Origin: a bacterium
GTDB lineage: Bacteria; Actinomycetota; Acidimicrobiia; Spongiisociales; Spongiisociaceae
Direction of reading: 5' to 3'
Assembly: GCA_026710435.1 (NCBI GenBank)
Contig: JAPOQZ010000231.1
Location: 12,959-76,958 of the forward strand
Length of the DNA stretch: 64,000 nt
Shown: piece after piece, positions 35,764 through 46,218 of the stretch
Layout: every line of letters begins with the position of its first letter
Numbering within the stretch: the stretch's first letter is position 1
Position numbers and translations under genes: made by a program
The notes under the pieces: model-generated
What the model saw: the letters and a program-made list of their open reading frames with translations, nothing else
What the model was told of the DNA's origin: nothing
The model's database searches: none

Positions 35764-36108
35764 GTGAGCGATGGCTTCCCGGACTTCATAAAGGCACTGC
35801 CCGTGCCGGACAGCCCGGTCGACATGCGGGCTCACATCGTTCCGAACGAGTACTGCATGCCCATGTTCTACGAGATCGACCGGGATGTCGAAGTACCGGA
35901 ACACGCCCACGGAGCGCAGTGGGGCGTGGTACTCGAGGGGGAGATGGAGATGACGATAGGAGGCGAGACCCGCACCTACCGTCGCGGTGACACCTATACC
36001 GTCCCCGCCGGGGTCACGCACATCACCCGCATCCGCGGGGGCTACCGTGGAATCGACGTGTTCGCCGACGCTGACCGCTACCTGCCCAAGGAGGAAACGA
36101 CATCATGA
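35764..36108 (+). CDS. cupin domain protein
   Basis: The GTG at 35764 is preceded by AAAGGAG. Motifs are PEHAHGAQWGVVLEGEM and GDTYTVPAGVTH. Confidence 0.7.
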   Translation: MSDGFPDFIKALPVPDSPVDMRAHIVPNEYCMPMFYEIDRDVEVPEHAHGAQWGVVLEGEMEMTIGGETRTYRRGDTYTVPAGVTHITRIRGGYRGIDVFADADRYLPKEETTS

Positions 36109-37049
36109 GAGCCGCCCTTATCACCGAAGCGGGTGCCAGTCCCGTCGTGGAGGAACGCCAACTGCCGGATCCGTCCGAAGGCGAGGTGACGGTCGCGCTC
36201 GAGGCCGCCTCGCTGAATCCGGTGGATCTGGCTATCGCATCCGGCGGGTTCTACGCCGGTCATCCACCGATGCCCTACGTGCCCGCTATCGAGGCGGTGG
36301 GCCGGGTCGAGGGCGATGGCCGCCGCGTGTTCGTGATGGGAGGAGGCATCGGAGTCGTCCGTGACGGGACCGCAGCCGACCGTTTCAATGCGCCCGAGAG
36401 CGCCCTGGTCGACATAGGAGAGGATGCGGACGCCGCCACCGCCGCAGCGCTCGGCACGGCCGCGCTGGCCGGTTGGCTTCCGATCACTTGGACAGCGAAG
36501 CTGCAACCCGGCGAGACCGCTCTCGTGCTGGGAGCGACCGGGGCGGCGGGGAGCATCGCGGTCCAGGCGGCCCGTATAGCCGGCGCGGCGAAGGTAGTAG
36601 CGGTGGGTCGCAACCCTGAACGGCTGGCGGCCCTGGAGGCAATGGCCGATGCCGTGGTGTCCCTGGAAGGCGACGATCTGGCCGGCCGCCTGCAGGCCGC
36701 ATGCGGGGACGGCGCCGACGTTGTCTTCGACGCGTTGTGGGGTGCACCCCTGGAGGCCGCGCTCACCGCGACCCGGCTGGGGGCCCGCGTGGTCCACATC
36801 GGAGACGCAGCGGGAGGAACCGCCACGGTCGTGTCAGGGTTGGTCCGGGGGCGGCAGATGACGATCAAGGGTTACAGCAACTTCGGGATACCGCGCGACG
36901 AGACAGTCGCTACCTACCTGACCATGGTGGATCTGGCAACCGCGGGGGACCTGACCCTTCCGGTCACCACTACCCCGCTCTCCGAAATCGCCTCGGCATG
37001 GGCCGGAGTCGCCTCGGGCGGCGGCAAGCAAGTGGTAGTCCCCGGCTGA
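36105..37049 (+). CDS. medium-chain dehydrogenase/reductase (quinone oxidoreductase / Zn-ADH-like)
   Basis: The ATG overlaps the upstream stop (ATGA). LVLGATGAAGSIAVQAARIAGA is the Rossmann motif. Confidence 0.8.
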   Translation: MRAALITEAGASPVVEERQLPDPSEGEVTVALEAASLNPVDLAIASGGFYAGHPPMPYVPAIEAVGRVEGDGRRVFVMGGGIGVVRDGTAADRFNAPESALVDIGEDADAATAAALGTAALAGWLPITWTAKLQPGETALVLGATGAAGSIAVQAARIAGAAKVVAVGRNPERLAALEAMADAVVSLEGDDLAGRLQAACGDGADVVFDALWGAPLEAALTATRLGARVVHIGDAAGGTATVVSGLVRGRQMTIKGYSNFGIPRDETVATYLTMVDLATAGDLTLPVTTTPLSEIASAWAGVASGGGKQVVVPG

Positions 37050-37128
37050 GGAGAGAACCAGTGGTCCGTCCGCAAGACAACACGGCGTGCCCTACCTGCC
37101 ACGCCGCCAATCCACAGACGGACCGCTG

Positions 37129-37407
37129 ATGGCCCACGAGGTCTTCATACCCAAGACCGGCATCTACATGGACGATTGCCATCTGATCGCCTGGCTGGTC
37201 GACGAGGGGGCTACGGTCCGGGCCGGTGAGGCACTGTTCCTGATGGAGACCAACAAGGTGGAGATGGAGATCGAGGCGGGTGCTGCAGGGATCGTGCATC
37301 ATGGGGCCCCGGTGGGAGAGGACTATCCGATCGGTAGGGTGATCGGCTGGATCGCCGTGAACGATTCCGAATACCGCAGCCTCGTTGAGGGAGGAGCACC
37401 CGCATGA
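37129..37407 (+). CDS. stand-alone lipoyl/biotinyl-attachment domain protein (92 aa)
   Basis: LFLMETNKVEMEIEAGAAGIV matches the lipoyl-lysine hairpin (E-T/S-D/N-K). No E2 catalytic domain follows. Confidence 0.7.
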   Translation: MAHEVFIPKTGIYMDDCHLIAWLVDEGATVRAGEALFLMETNKVEMEIEAGAAGIVHHGAPVGEDYPIGRVIGWIAVNDSEYRSLVEGGAPA

Positions 37408-38378
37408 CCATCGCGGACCGCACCCTGCTCGACATGTTCGAGACGATGACGAGGATCCGCCTGTTCGAGGAGAGGGTCACGCTCGAGTACCAGCGGGGCG
37501 ACATGCCCGGCTTCGTCCACACCTACATCGGCGCCGAAGCGGTGGCGGCCGGGGTGTGCGCCCACCTGACGGACCGCGACCTCATCGCCAGCACCCATCG
37601 CGGCCACGGGCACAGCCTCGCCAAGGGATGTTCGATCGCGGGGATGCTCGCCGAGTTGTACGGTCGCGAGACCGGCCTGTGCAAGGGCCGGGGCGGATCG
37701 ATGCACATCGCCGACTTCGAGAGAGGGATGCTGGGTGCCAATGCAATCGTCGGTGGGAGCATCGGCCTCGCCACCGGCGGGGCCTTCGCGCAACAGGTCA
37801 AGGGTACTTCGAACGTCTCGGTCAGCTTCTTCGGGGACGGGGGCTCCGGGCAGGGCATCCTGTACGAATCGATGAACCTCGCTTCGATCTGGAAGCTGCC
37901 GGTCGTATACGTGTGCGAGAACAACGGTTGGGCGGAGTCCACTCCGGTCTCCTACTCCCAGAGCGTCGTGGATCTGAGCAGGCGGGCCGACGGCTTCGGC
38001 ATTCCGGGCCATGTGGTGGACGGAGCGGATGCCTTCGCCGTTTACGAGGTCGCGGGAGAGGCGATCAAGCGGGCCCGGCGCGGTGAGGGCCCGACGTTCA
38101 TCGAAGCGAAGATCCCCCGCATCTCGGCCCATTACGTGGGAGACACCCAGAAGTACCGCAACGAGGAGGACCTCGCAGACGCCAGGAGGCGAGACCCACT
38201 GCAGAAACTCCAGTCGCAACTCGCGGCAGCCGGGCTACTCGCGGAGGAGACCCTCGAGGGGATCCGGGCCGCCATCGTCGAGGAACTCGACCGGGGAGTG
38301 GCGGCGGCCAAGGCCGACCCGTGGCCCACCGCCGAGGGTGTGACCGACTATGTCTACAGCGGAGCGTATGGTGGCTAG
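37404..38378 (+). CDS. TPP-dependent 2-oxoacid/acetoin dehydrogenase E1 alpha subunit
   Basis: FFGDGGSGQGILYESMNLASIWKLPVVYVCENNGWA is the TPP motif. The ATG overlaps the upstream stop. Confidence 0.9.
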   Translation: MTIADRTLLDMFETMTRIRLFEERVTLEYQRGDMPGFVHTYIGAEAVAAGVCAHLTDRDLIASTHRGHGHSLAKGCSIAGMLAELYGRETGLCKGRGGSMHIADFERGMLGANAIVGGSIGLATGGAFAQQVKGTSNVSVSFFGDGGSGQGILYESMNLASIWKLPVVYVCENNGWAESTPVSYSQSVVDLSRRADGFGIPGHVVDGADAFAVYEVAGEAIKRARRGEGPTFIEAKIPRISAHYVGDTQKYRNEEDLADARRRDPLQKLQSQLAAAGLLAEETLEGIRAAIVEELDRGVAAAKADPWPTAEGVTDYVYSGAYGG

Positions 38379-39384
38379 GAGGCCGATCACCATGATCCAC
38401 GCGGTCGGGGAGGCCATGTTCCAGGCAATGGAAGCCGACGAGACCGTCGTCGTCTACGGCGAGGACGTGGTGGGCGGGGCTGGACTCGGCGAACCCTACG
38501 AGGGGGCGATGGGAGGCACGTTCGGAGCCACCAGGGGCCTGTTCCAGAAGTTCGGCGGTTCACGGGTACGGGACACCCCCATCTCCGAGGCCGGCCTGGT
38601 GGGGCTCGCGGTTGGAGCGGCGGCGTCAGGGATACGCCCGGTCGTCGACATGATGTGGTCCAGTTTCACGCCGCTGGCCTTCGACCAGATCCACAACCAG
38701 GCGGCCAAGCTGCGTTACATGTTCGGCGGCCAGGCGAGCGTCCCGATGGTGCTACGCATGGCCATCGGGGCCGGGCTGGGAGCAGCCGGGCAGCACTCAG
38801 ACACCCTGTATTCGGTCTACACGCACCTTCCCGGGATCAAAGTGGTCGTTCCCACGACGCCGTACGACGCCAAGGGACTGCTGCTGGCGGCGATAGAGGA
38901 CGACGACCCGGTCCTCTTCTTCGAACATATGCGCCTCTACAACACCCGCCAGGAGGTACCGGAGGATTCCTACACCATCCCTCTCGGCTCGGCGTCGGTC
39001 ACCCGTGCGGGAACCGATGTGACGATCGTCGGGATCTCCTACATGGCAAAGCTGGCGCTGGAGGTAGCAAACACCCTGGCATCGGACGGGATCGAAGCGG
39101 AGGTGATCGACCCCCGATCCCTGTCACCGCTCGATTCGGAGACGATCCTGGAGTCGGTCCGCAAGACCGGGCGACTGGTCGTCGTCGACGAAAGCCCTCC
39201 GAGGTGCAGCATCGCGGCGGACATTGCAGCAATGGTCTCCGAACAGGCATTCGGCTCGCTCGCCGCGCCCGTGAGGAGGGTGACCTCCCCCCACTCGCCG
39301 GTGCCGCTGAGCCCACCCTTGGAGAACGCCTACATCCCCGACGCCGCCCGGGTCAGAGCAGCGGTCAAGACCGTGCTGGATTAG
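38368..39384 (+). CDS. 2-oxoacid/acetoin dehydrogenase E1 beta subunit
   Basis: Transketolase-like pyrimidine-binding and C-terminal domains (RVRDTPISEAGLVGLAVGAA..., IDPRSLSPLD). The start is 38368 or 38350. Confidence 0.9.
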   Translation: MVARRPITMIHAVGEAMFQAMEADETVVVYGEDVVGGAGLGEPYEGAMGGTFGATRGLFQKFGGSRVRDTPISEAGLVGLAVGAAASGIRPVVDMMWSSFTPLAFDQIHNQAAKLRYMFGGQASVPMVLRMAIGAGLGAAGQHSDTLYSVYTHLPGIKVVVPTTPYDAKGLLLAAIEDDDPVLFFEHMRLYNTRQEVPEDSYTIPLGSASVTRAGTDVTIVGISYMAKLALEVANTLASDGIEAEVIDPRSLSPLDSETILESVRKTGRLVVVDESPPRCSIAADIAAMVSEQAFGSLAAPVRRVTSPHSPVPLSPPLENAYIPDAARVRAAVKTVLD

Positions 39385-39602
39385 CCAGGGCCCACCGACT
39401 GTCGTAGCTCAACGCCTGAGGCCGAACTCTGGCAGTACCGCACCGGTCTACCGACCGACCATCTGCCCGACGCGCGGGAACCCGTTCGTCTAGCCTCAGG
39501 GAGGCAAAGTTCAGCCGCCAAGGATCCGGCGATCCGACTACCAGGTGTCTTCGTCGGCGGTCGCGCGGTCTGGACCAAGCTCCATTAGGCAGGGAGGCCT
39601 CG

Positions 39603-41270
39603 ATGAGATTGCGACCCCTTTACCGGATGATTGCTTGCCTGCTGGCGGTTGGGCTGGTGGCAGCGGCGTGCGGAACCGACGATGATGAGGCCCCGGAGGC
39701 GACTCAAGCGGCGACCCAGGCGACCACGACAACGGAGGCCGCGGCACCCGATACGACCGAGGCGGCAGCGCCCGATACAACCGAAGCCGCCATGACCGGA
39801 CCGCAGCGCGGCGGCACGCTGGTATTCGCCCGCCAGCTCGAGACCAACACACTCAACCCATTCGAACTGTCCGACAACGGTCAGATCTACGCTCACGAAT
39901 TGATCTTCGACACGCTCGTGTACGCAGATCCCAAGGGAGACACGTCCATAATCCCGGCGCTTGCCGAATCGTGGGAAGTCAGCGACGACGGACTCGACTG
40001 GAGCTTCACCCTCCGAGAGAACGCCCGGTTCAGTAACGGCGATCAGGTCACGTCCGAAGATGTCCAGTACTCGCTCGATAGGTTTGCCAACCCTGAAATA
40101 AACACGATCCTCCCGTTCCTCGCTCTCGGTTACACGGGTACGGAGATCATCGACGACCGGAACTTCATCATCCATCTCGACCGGCCGATTGCCGCCTTCT
40201 TGGAGAACATCAGCATCTTCCCGGCGTACATCGTGCCCAAGGCAGTCCTGGAAACCCAGGGCGATGCTTTCTGGGAAGACCCCGTCGGTAGCGGACCATT
40301 CAAGCTCAAGGAATGGATCCGGGGTACGAGCATCAGCTTCGAGCCGAACCCCCACTACTGGGAAGAAGGCAAGCCCTATCTTGACGAGTTGCGCTATGAC
40401 TTCATCGTGGACGACAACACGAGGGCGTTGAAGCTCGACTCGGGCGAGGCCCACGTGATGGAGAGCGTCCCGTTCACCCAGATCGACGCGGTCGGAGCCA
40501 TGGACAGCGTCACGGTGCTGGTACGCGAGGTCACGCGCCAGGAGCCGGTCTGGATCAACCACAACGTCGCCCCGCTCGGCGAGCTCGCCGTTCGCCAGGC
40601 GCTGAGCTACGCCACCGACCGTGAGGCGATCAACGCCGCCGTGTTCGGTGGGGTTGGAACGATCCCCAACCATCTGATCCCACCGCTCAAGTACAACGCA
40701 TCGACCAGCGACGTGCCCCCGTTCGCCTTCGACCTGGACAAGGCGAAGGAGTTGATGGCTTCGTCGTCGGTCCCCGACGGCTTCAGCGTCACGTTCCAGT
40801 TCCCGGCCGGTTCCGGGCAACACAAGTCCTTGGCGACGGTCCTCCAGGCCCAGTGGGCTGAGATCGGAGTTGATCTGCAGCTGGTAGAGCTGGATGAGAG
40901 CACTCTGGCCGACAACCTGTTCAGCTACGGGTACGAGATCACGATGCCCTTCCTGAAGTGGACGTCGGACGTGCTGGTTCCTGACGAGTTCGCCCTGCTG
41001 ATGGCCGATCCCACCGATGCGGGACTGGACGGCCTGTTCAGCGGATGGGGCAACGAGTCGGTGTGGGCCAAGGTGGAGGAAGCGGTCGCGGCTACCGAGG
41101 AGAGGCGGCAGGAACTCTGGCCCCAGATCCAGGCGGAATGGGTGGCAGACATGCCCTGGCTGAACATCCTCTGGCTGCCCCTAGCGACGGGTGTACGCGA
41201 TGGCGTACATGATGTCGACCAGGACGCTCTCGGCGTGTACCACTTCGAGAACACATGGATCGAGCAGTAA
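39603..41270 (+). CDS. ABC transporter substrate-binding protein, family 5 (peptide/nickel/opine type), lipoprotein
   Basis: GGGAGG RBS, signal peptide with LVAAACG, family-5 SBP size and motifs. Confidence 0.9.
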   Translation: MRLRPLYRMIACLLAVGLVAAACGTDDDEAPEATQAATQATTTTEAAAPDTTEAAAPDTTEAAMTGPQRGGTLVFARQLETNTLNPFELSDNGQIYAHELIFDTLVYADPKGDTSIIPALAESWEVSDDGLDWSFTLRENARFSNGDQVTSEDVQYSLDRFANPEINTILPFLALGYTGTEIIDDRNFIIHLDRPIAAFLENISIFPAYIVPKAVLETQGDAFWEDPVGSGPFKLKEWIRGTSISFEPNPHYWEEGKPYLDELRYDFIVDDNTRALKLDSGEAHVMESVPFTQIDAVGAMDSVTVLVREVTRQEPVWINHNVAPLGELAVRQALSYATDREAINAAVFGGVGTIPNHLIPPLKYNASTSDVPPFAFDLDKAKELMASSSVPDGFSVTFQFPAGSGQHKSLATVLQAQWAEIGVDLQLVELDESTLADNLFSYGYEITMPFLKWTSDVLVPDEFALLMADPTDAGLDGLFSGWGNESVWAKVEEAVAATEERRQELWPQIQAEWVADMPWLNILWLPLATGVRDGVHDVDQDALGVYHFENTWIEQ

Positions 41271-41401
41271 GGAACAGCCCGACCCGGTACCCATTGATAG
41301 TGGCCTGTCTGCAAAACAACCTATCGCGCGCCGCCTGCCGTCGATGTGTGCGGCAAAGCGATTTGACAGACAGCCCACCAGAAGGCGGCTGACCCGGCAA
41401 C

Positions 41402-42346
41402 GTGTACCGTTACCTGGGTCGCCGCCTCCTGCACAGCATCCCGGTGATCGCGGCGGTCACCGTTGGTGCGTTCGTCATCATCGTGCTGATACCGGGGGAC
41501 CCGGCTCTGAACATGCTGGGTTACAACGCCACGCCGGAGAGCCTGGCCACCCTGCGTAGGGAGCTTGGTCTGGACCGTTCGGTGCCCGAGCAGTTCGTGG
41601 GCTTTCTGAGGGGTGCGGTGGTCGGCGATTTCGGCGACTCGATCATCAAGAAGGAACCGGTTCGCGACGTGATCGCCTCACGTGCCGCGATCAGCTTTAC
41701 GGTGCTGTTCTACAGCGCAGTGATCGCGGCCTTGCTTGCGGTTCCCCTGGCCATCCTCTCCGCAGTGAAGAAGAACCGCTGGCAGGACCATCTCATGCGG
41801 CTGGGCAGCATGATCACCTTCGCCATGCCCTCCTTCTGGTTGGGGTTGTTGCTGGCGCTCTTCTTCGGTATCAGACTGGGCTGGCTGCCGGTGGCGGGCT
41901 ACGACAAGACGAACCTTCTCACCATCCTGCGCAGCCTCACCCTGCCGGCAGCCACCATCGGGCTGTTCCTGGCGCCGATCCTCGCCCGTACGCTGCGCTC
42001 CAGCATCATCGAGGTCCTGGACCACGAGTACGTGGAGGCTGCCAGGGCCAGGGGATATAGCGCGTCCAGGGTGATCGGACGCCACGTCATGCGCAACTCG
42101 CTGATCGCCACCGTCACGGTGCTGTCGCTGATCATCGGCTTCATGATCAGCGGGTCCGTGATAGTCGAGAACGTCTTCGCCATCCCCGGGCTCGGCTCGC
42201 TGATCGTCGAAGCGGTGCTCGAGCGTGACTACCCGGTAATCCAGGCTCTGGTCCTGTTCTTCGGGCTCACCGTCATCGTGATCAACCTGGCGGCTGACCT
42301 GACCTACGCGGCGATAGATCCGCGGGTGAGGTTGGCAACCAGATGA
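41402..42346 (+). CDS. ABC transporter permease (DppB/OppB-like)
   Basis: MYRYLGRRLLHSIPVI N-terminus, and an EAA-type loop at YVEAARARGYS. Confidence 0.9.
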   Translation: MYRYLGRRLLHSIPVIAAVTVGAFVIIVLIPGDPALNMLGYNATPESLATLRRELGLDRSVPEQFVGFLRGAVVGDFGDSIIKKEPVRDVIASRAAISFTVLFYSAVIAALLAVPLAILSAVKKNRWQDHLMRLGSMITFAMPSFWLGLLLALFFGIRLGWLPVAGYDKTNLLTILRSLTLPAATIGLFLAPILARTLRSSIIEVLDHEYVEAARARGYSASRVIGRHVMRNSLIATVTVLSLIIGFMISGSVIVENVFAIPGLGSLIVEAVLERDYPVIQALVLFFGLTVIVINLAADLTYAAIDPRVRLATR

Positions 42347-43245
42347 GCATCGCCCGGGCGACTTCGGCACGCCAGCAGCGGTTGCTGGTGGCAACCCGGC
42401 GGCTGCGGAGGCGGGCGCTGTCCGATCGGCGGTGGTCGAATGTCGCCCTGTACATCGGCGGGTCGATCGTGGTGCTGGTTATCCTCGCCGGCTTGCTGGC
42501 ACCGTGGATATCACCGTATCCCCCCAACGAACTCAACCTCATGGAAACCCTTCAGCCACCGTCCAGCGACCACTTCTTCGGCACCGACGAACTCGGCAGG
42601 GACGTCTTCTCCCGAGTGCTGCACGGGATACGCCTGGATATGGCGATCGTGCTCGTGATCACGTACGTGCCGTTGCTGGTGGGCGTCACGCTGGGCATGC
42701 TCGCCGGGTACTTCGGGGGCTGGGTCGACACGGTGGTCAACCGTGCCGTCGACATCGTGATGGCCTTCCCCTTCCTGGTCGTCGTGATAGCGGTCGTCGC
42801 CATCACGGGACCTGGGCTGGTCGGCATCTTCATCGGCGTGCTCGCCGTCGGATGGGCTCTCTACGCCCGGCTGGCCAGGGGAGAGATGCTGGTGATCCGC
42901 GAGCAGCAGTACATGCTGGCCGCCAAGGGCCTCGGCTACTCCACCGCCCGAATTCTCCGTCGCCACGCCGTACCGAACCTCATCCGGTCCCCGCTGGTGT
43001 TCTCGGTGGCGGACATCGTCCTCAACCTGCTGCTCATCGCAGGCGTTTCGTACCTCGGTCTCGGGGTCCAAGCACCGACGGCCGAACTCGGAGTCATCGT
43101 CGCCGACGGGCAGGCGCACCTCCGGGTTGGTTGGTGGATCACCACCCTGTCCGGTCTCGTGCTGGTGACAATCGGGGTCGGGTTCAGCATGCTCGGGGAT
43201 GCCCTTGCCGACCGGCTGGGAGAGGAGTTGCGATTGACGGTGTAG
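42343..43245 (+). CDS. ABC transporter permease (DppC/OppC-like)
   Basis: It overlaps the upstream stop. HFFGTDELGRDVFSRVLHG and YMLAAKGLGYS. Confidence 0.9.
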   Translation: MSIARATSARQQRLLVATRRLRRRALSDRRWSNVALYIGGSIVVLVILAGLLAPWISPYPPNELNLMETLQPPSSDHFFGTDELGRDVFSRVLHGIRLDMAIVLVITYVPLLVGVTLGMLAGYFGGWVDTVVNRAVDIVMAFPFLVVVIAVVAITGPGLVGIFIGVLAVGWALYARLARGEMLVIREQQYMLAAKGLGYSTARILRRHAVPNLIRSPLVFSVADIVLNLLLIAGVSYLGLGVQAPTAELGVIVADGQAHLRVGWWITTLSGLVLVTIGVGFSMLGDALADRLGEELRLTV

Positions 43246-43268
43246 GCGGGTCGTCCCCGCTCCTCGAG

Positions 43269-44264
43269 GTGGAAGACCTCCATACCGGCTTCCCGACCCT
43301 GGAAGGGTTGCTGCTCGCCACCAACGGCGTGAGCTTCAGCCTCGAGCGGGGCGCCACCCTGGCGTTGGTCGGCGAGTCGGGATCGGGGAAGAGCATGACC
43401 TGCCGATCCATCATCGGGCTGGTGCCGAAGCCGGGCGAGATAATCGAGGGACGGGTGGTGTTCAACGGCCGGGACCTGCTCGGGCTGTCCCGTTCGGAAC
43501 TCCGCAAGGTGCGCGGGGGCGAGATAGGAATGGTGTTCCAGGATCCGACAGCCTCGCTCAATCCGGTGTACAAGGTGGGGAACCAGATCGTCGAGGTACT
43601 CAAAATCAAGCGCCGGATGGGTGCCCGGGCGGCAACGCGGCGGGCGATCGAACTGCTCGATCGGGTCGGCATCGCCTCCCCGGAGACGCAGTTCCATTCG
43701 TACCCCCACGAGATGAGCGGGGGTATGCGACAGCGGGCGATGATCGCCAGCGCCATCGCCGCCGAACCGAAGCTCCTGATAGCGGACGAACCGACGGCGG
43801 CACTCGATGTGACGGTTCAGGCTCAGATCATGACCCTGCTCACCGAACTCCAGGAGGACACCGGAATGGCGATGATCCTTGTCTCCCACGACTTCGGTGT
43901 CATCGCCCAGCACTGCGACCACGTTGCTGTGATGTATGCCGGCTATATCGTCGAGCAGGCACCGGTCCAGGAGATATTCGATCATCCCGGTCATCCGTAC
44001 ACTCATGCGCTGCTCGCATCGATCCCGCAACTGGACCCCGGCCGGCGGTCGGAGATCGTTCCCGTGACGGGACAACCGCCAGAGCTCTCCAGGCTACCTC
44101 CGGGGTGTCCGTTCAGCCCCAGATGCGGATTCGTCGGGGACGGATGCCATTCGGTTCCGATGTCGCTGCAGCCGGTGGGAACCGATCATGTCACGGCCTG
44201 CCCGTTCGTGACGTGGCGGGATCGCGCGGCCGGCCGGCCGGATGCCCAGGAGGCGCCACGGTGA
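43269..44264 (+). CDS. ABC transporter ATP-binding protein (DppD/OppD-like)
   Basis: GESGSGKS, MSGGMRQRAMIA, LLIADEPTAALD. The start is uncertain. The homology (SPLLEVEDL) begins right at the upstream stop at 43245, but the first canonical in-frame start is GTG 43269. Confidence 0.85.
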   Translation: MEDLHTGFPTLEGLLLATNGVSFSLERGATLALVGESGSGKSMTCRSIIGLVPKPGEIIEGRVVFNGRDLLGLSRSELRKVRGGEIGMVFQDPTASLNPVYKVGNQIVEVLKIKRRMGARAATRRAIELLDRVGIASPETQFHSYPHEMSGGMRQRAMIASAIAAEPKLLIADEPTAALDVTVQAQIMTLLTELQEDTGMAMILVSHDFGVIAQHCDHVAVMYAGYIVEQAPVQEIFDHPGHPYTHALLASIPQLDPGRRSEIVPVTGQPPELSRLPPGCPFSPRCGFVGDGCHSVPMSLQPVGTDHVTACPFVTWRDRAAGRPDAQEAPR

Positions 44265-45292
44265 CCGAGGACCGCCATGCGGAGAGCTCGAGCGGGGACA
44301 TCCTGCTCCAGGTCGACGGCCTGACCAAGGCCTACCCAGTACGCCGCACGCTGGGGGAACGGATCAGGCGGGCTCCGGCCCGACGGCTGGTCGCCGTGGA
44401 GAAGGTCTCCTTCGGGGTACGCAGGCGTGAGGTCATGGGTATCGTCGGCGAGTCGGGAAGCGGCAAGACCACCCTCGGCCGTTTCCTGATCCGGCTCGTC
44501 GAGCCCGATGACGGAACGGTCCGGTTCGACGGGATCGATGTGAGGTCCATAGAGGGACCCGACCTGCGCCACCTGCGCCGCAGGGTCCAGATGGTCTTCC
44601 AGGACCCGTTCACGTCCCTGAACCCGCGGCTCACGGTGGGGGCAGCGATCCTTGAGGCAGGCAAGGTGCACGGCCTCGTCGATGATGGGCAGGACGGAGC
44701 CTTCGTAGCCCGGCACCTCGAGAGCGTCGGGCTCTCCGCCACCCTGGCCGACCGGCGTCCCAGACAGTTGAGCGGCGGGCAGCGGCAGCGGGTCGCCATC
44801 GCCCGGGCCCTAGCGGTCGGCCCTGACATGCTCGTCGCCGACGAACCGGTGAGCGCCCTCGATGTCTCCATCCAGGCCCAGATCATCAACCTCTTCCGGG
44901 ACCTGCAAGCGCGCCTGGGGCTGACGATGATCTTCATCGCCCACCAACTCTCCGTCGTATCCCAGGTTGCCGACACGGTGGCGGTCATGTACATGGGGAG
45001 GATCGTCGAGCGCGGGCCTCTTGAGAAGGTGTTCGGCCGACCCGAGCATCCCTATACCCAGGCCCTCCTGGCGTCGCGTCCCAACCCGAACCCGCGCCAC
45101 AAGAGCGAAGCGCCGCTGCGCGGCGACATTCCCTCTCCCCTCGACATGCCGCCCGGATGCAAGTTCTCCACCAGGTGCCCATTCGCCGAGGATGTGTGCC
45201 ACCAGGTCGAACCCACCCTCGAGAGCACCGAACCCGGACACCTGGTAGCTTGCCATGTGAGGCCGCGGCCCTGGGAAGGCAGCAGTTCATGA
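44261..45292 (+). CDS. ABC transporter ATP-binding protein (DppF/OppF-like)
   Basis: The GTG overlaps the upstream stop (GTGA). GESGSGKTT, LSGGQRQRVAIARA, LVADEPVSALD. Confidence 0.9.
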   Translation: MTEDRHAESSSGDILLQVDGLTKAYPVRRTLGERIRRAPARRLVAVEKVSFGVRRREVMGIVGESGSGKTTLGRFLIRLVEPDDGTVRFDGIDVRSIEGPDLRHLRRRVQMVFQDPFTSLNPRLTVGAAILEAGKVHGLVDDGQDGAFVARHLESVGLSATLADRRPRQLSGGQRQRVAIARALAVGPDMLVADEPVSALDVSIQAQIINLFRDLQARLGLTMIFIAHQLSVVSQVADTVAVMYMGRIVERGPLEKVFGRPEHPYTQALLASRPNPNPRHKSEAPLRGDIPSPLDMPPGCKFSTRCPFAEDVCHQVEPTLESTEPGHLVACHVRPRPWEGSSS

Positions 45293-45357
45293 GTTCAGCC
45301 CGATACATTTCCGGAGATCGGGTTCGATCCGAACCGGACCGTTTCCGGCACGCATAG

Positions 45358-46218
45358 ATGCGACCGCCTGACTTCGCGTTCCGCCCGTCCGAAACGCTCG
45401 AGGATGCCATTGAGTTCTTGAACAGCGAGGCCGGCTCGGTTGCACTCGCCGGAGGCCAGAGCCTCATCCCGATGATGCGCTTCCGCCTGGTCCGCCCCTC
45501 CGTCGTGGTCGACATAGGAAAGATCGACGGCCTGGACTCCATCGAGTCTTGCGGGGACACTCTCCACATCGGTGCCCTCGTGACGACGAGCCGGGTGTCG
45601 CAAAGCGACCTGGTCCGCTCCTTCTCCCCGTTGTGGGCCGAGACCGCCACGGTCATCGCGGACCCCCTCGTCCGCAACCTCGGCACCGTGGGCGGCAACC
45701 TGGCCCATGCCGATCCCCTCAACGATCTTCCGGCCGCCCTGGTGGCCGCCCGGGGACGGGTCGTCGTCGAGGGAGCGAACGGCAAGCGGGTGATCGAGAG
45801 CGACGATCTCTTCGTGGGACCCTTCGAGACTTCACTCGGGCGGGGCGAGTTGATCACCGAGGTCCGGCTACCCGGGGGGGCGGCCGGATCGTACGAGAAG
45901 ATGAAGCGCGCGGCGGCCGACTACGGAGTAGCCGGCGTAGCCGTTCAGCTGACCATGGACGGGGCAGGACGCGTCACCGGCGCCGGGATCGCGGTGACGG
46001 GGGGAGAGCAGGTTGCCACCCGAGCGGCAGAAGCCGAGGCCCTCCTGGTGGGATCGGACACCGATCCTTCGACAATCGCCCACGTCGCCTCCGCCACCGC
46101 CGCCACCGTCAGGATGCCCGGCGATGACCGCGGAAGCTCACGGTACAAGAGCGGACTCGTAAGGGTTCTGGCCAGGCGCGCCGTCCAGCGCGCCGCTGGA
46201 CGGCGCGCCGGCGGATGA
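45358..46218 (+). CDS. molybdenum hydroxylase FAD-binding (medium) subunit, CoxM/XdhB-like
   Basis: [15 protein letters not shown] is the FAD-binding motif. First gene of an M-S-L operon. Confidence 0.85.
   Translation: MRPPDFAFRPSETLEDAIEFLNSEAGSVALAGGQSLIPMMRFRLVRPSVVVDIGKIDGLDSIESCGDTLHIGALVTTSRVSQSDLVRSFSPLWAETATVIADPLVRNLGTVGGNLAHADPLNDLPAALVAARGRVVVEGANGKRVIESDDLFVGPFETSLGRGELITEVRLPGGAAGSYEKMKRAAADYGVAGVAVQLTMDGAGRVTGAGIAVTGGEQVATRAAEAEALLVGSDTDPSTIAHVASATAATVRMPGDDRGSSRYKSGLVRVLARRAVQRAAGRRAGG

Noticed and set aside
45311-45335. GGGTTCGATCCGAACC resembles a tRNA T-arm (GGTTCGAxxCC).
   Set aside because: The flanks cannot form T-stem pairing, an acceptor stem, or D and anticodon arms. 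It is just a 6-bp hairpin in a 65-nt intergenic spacer.
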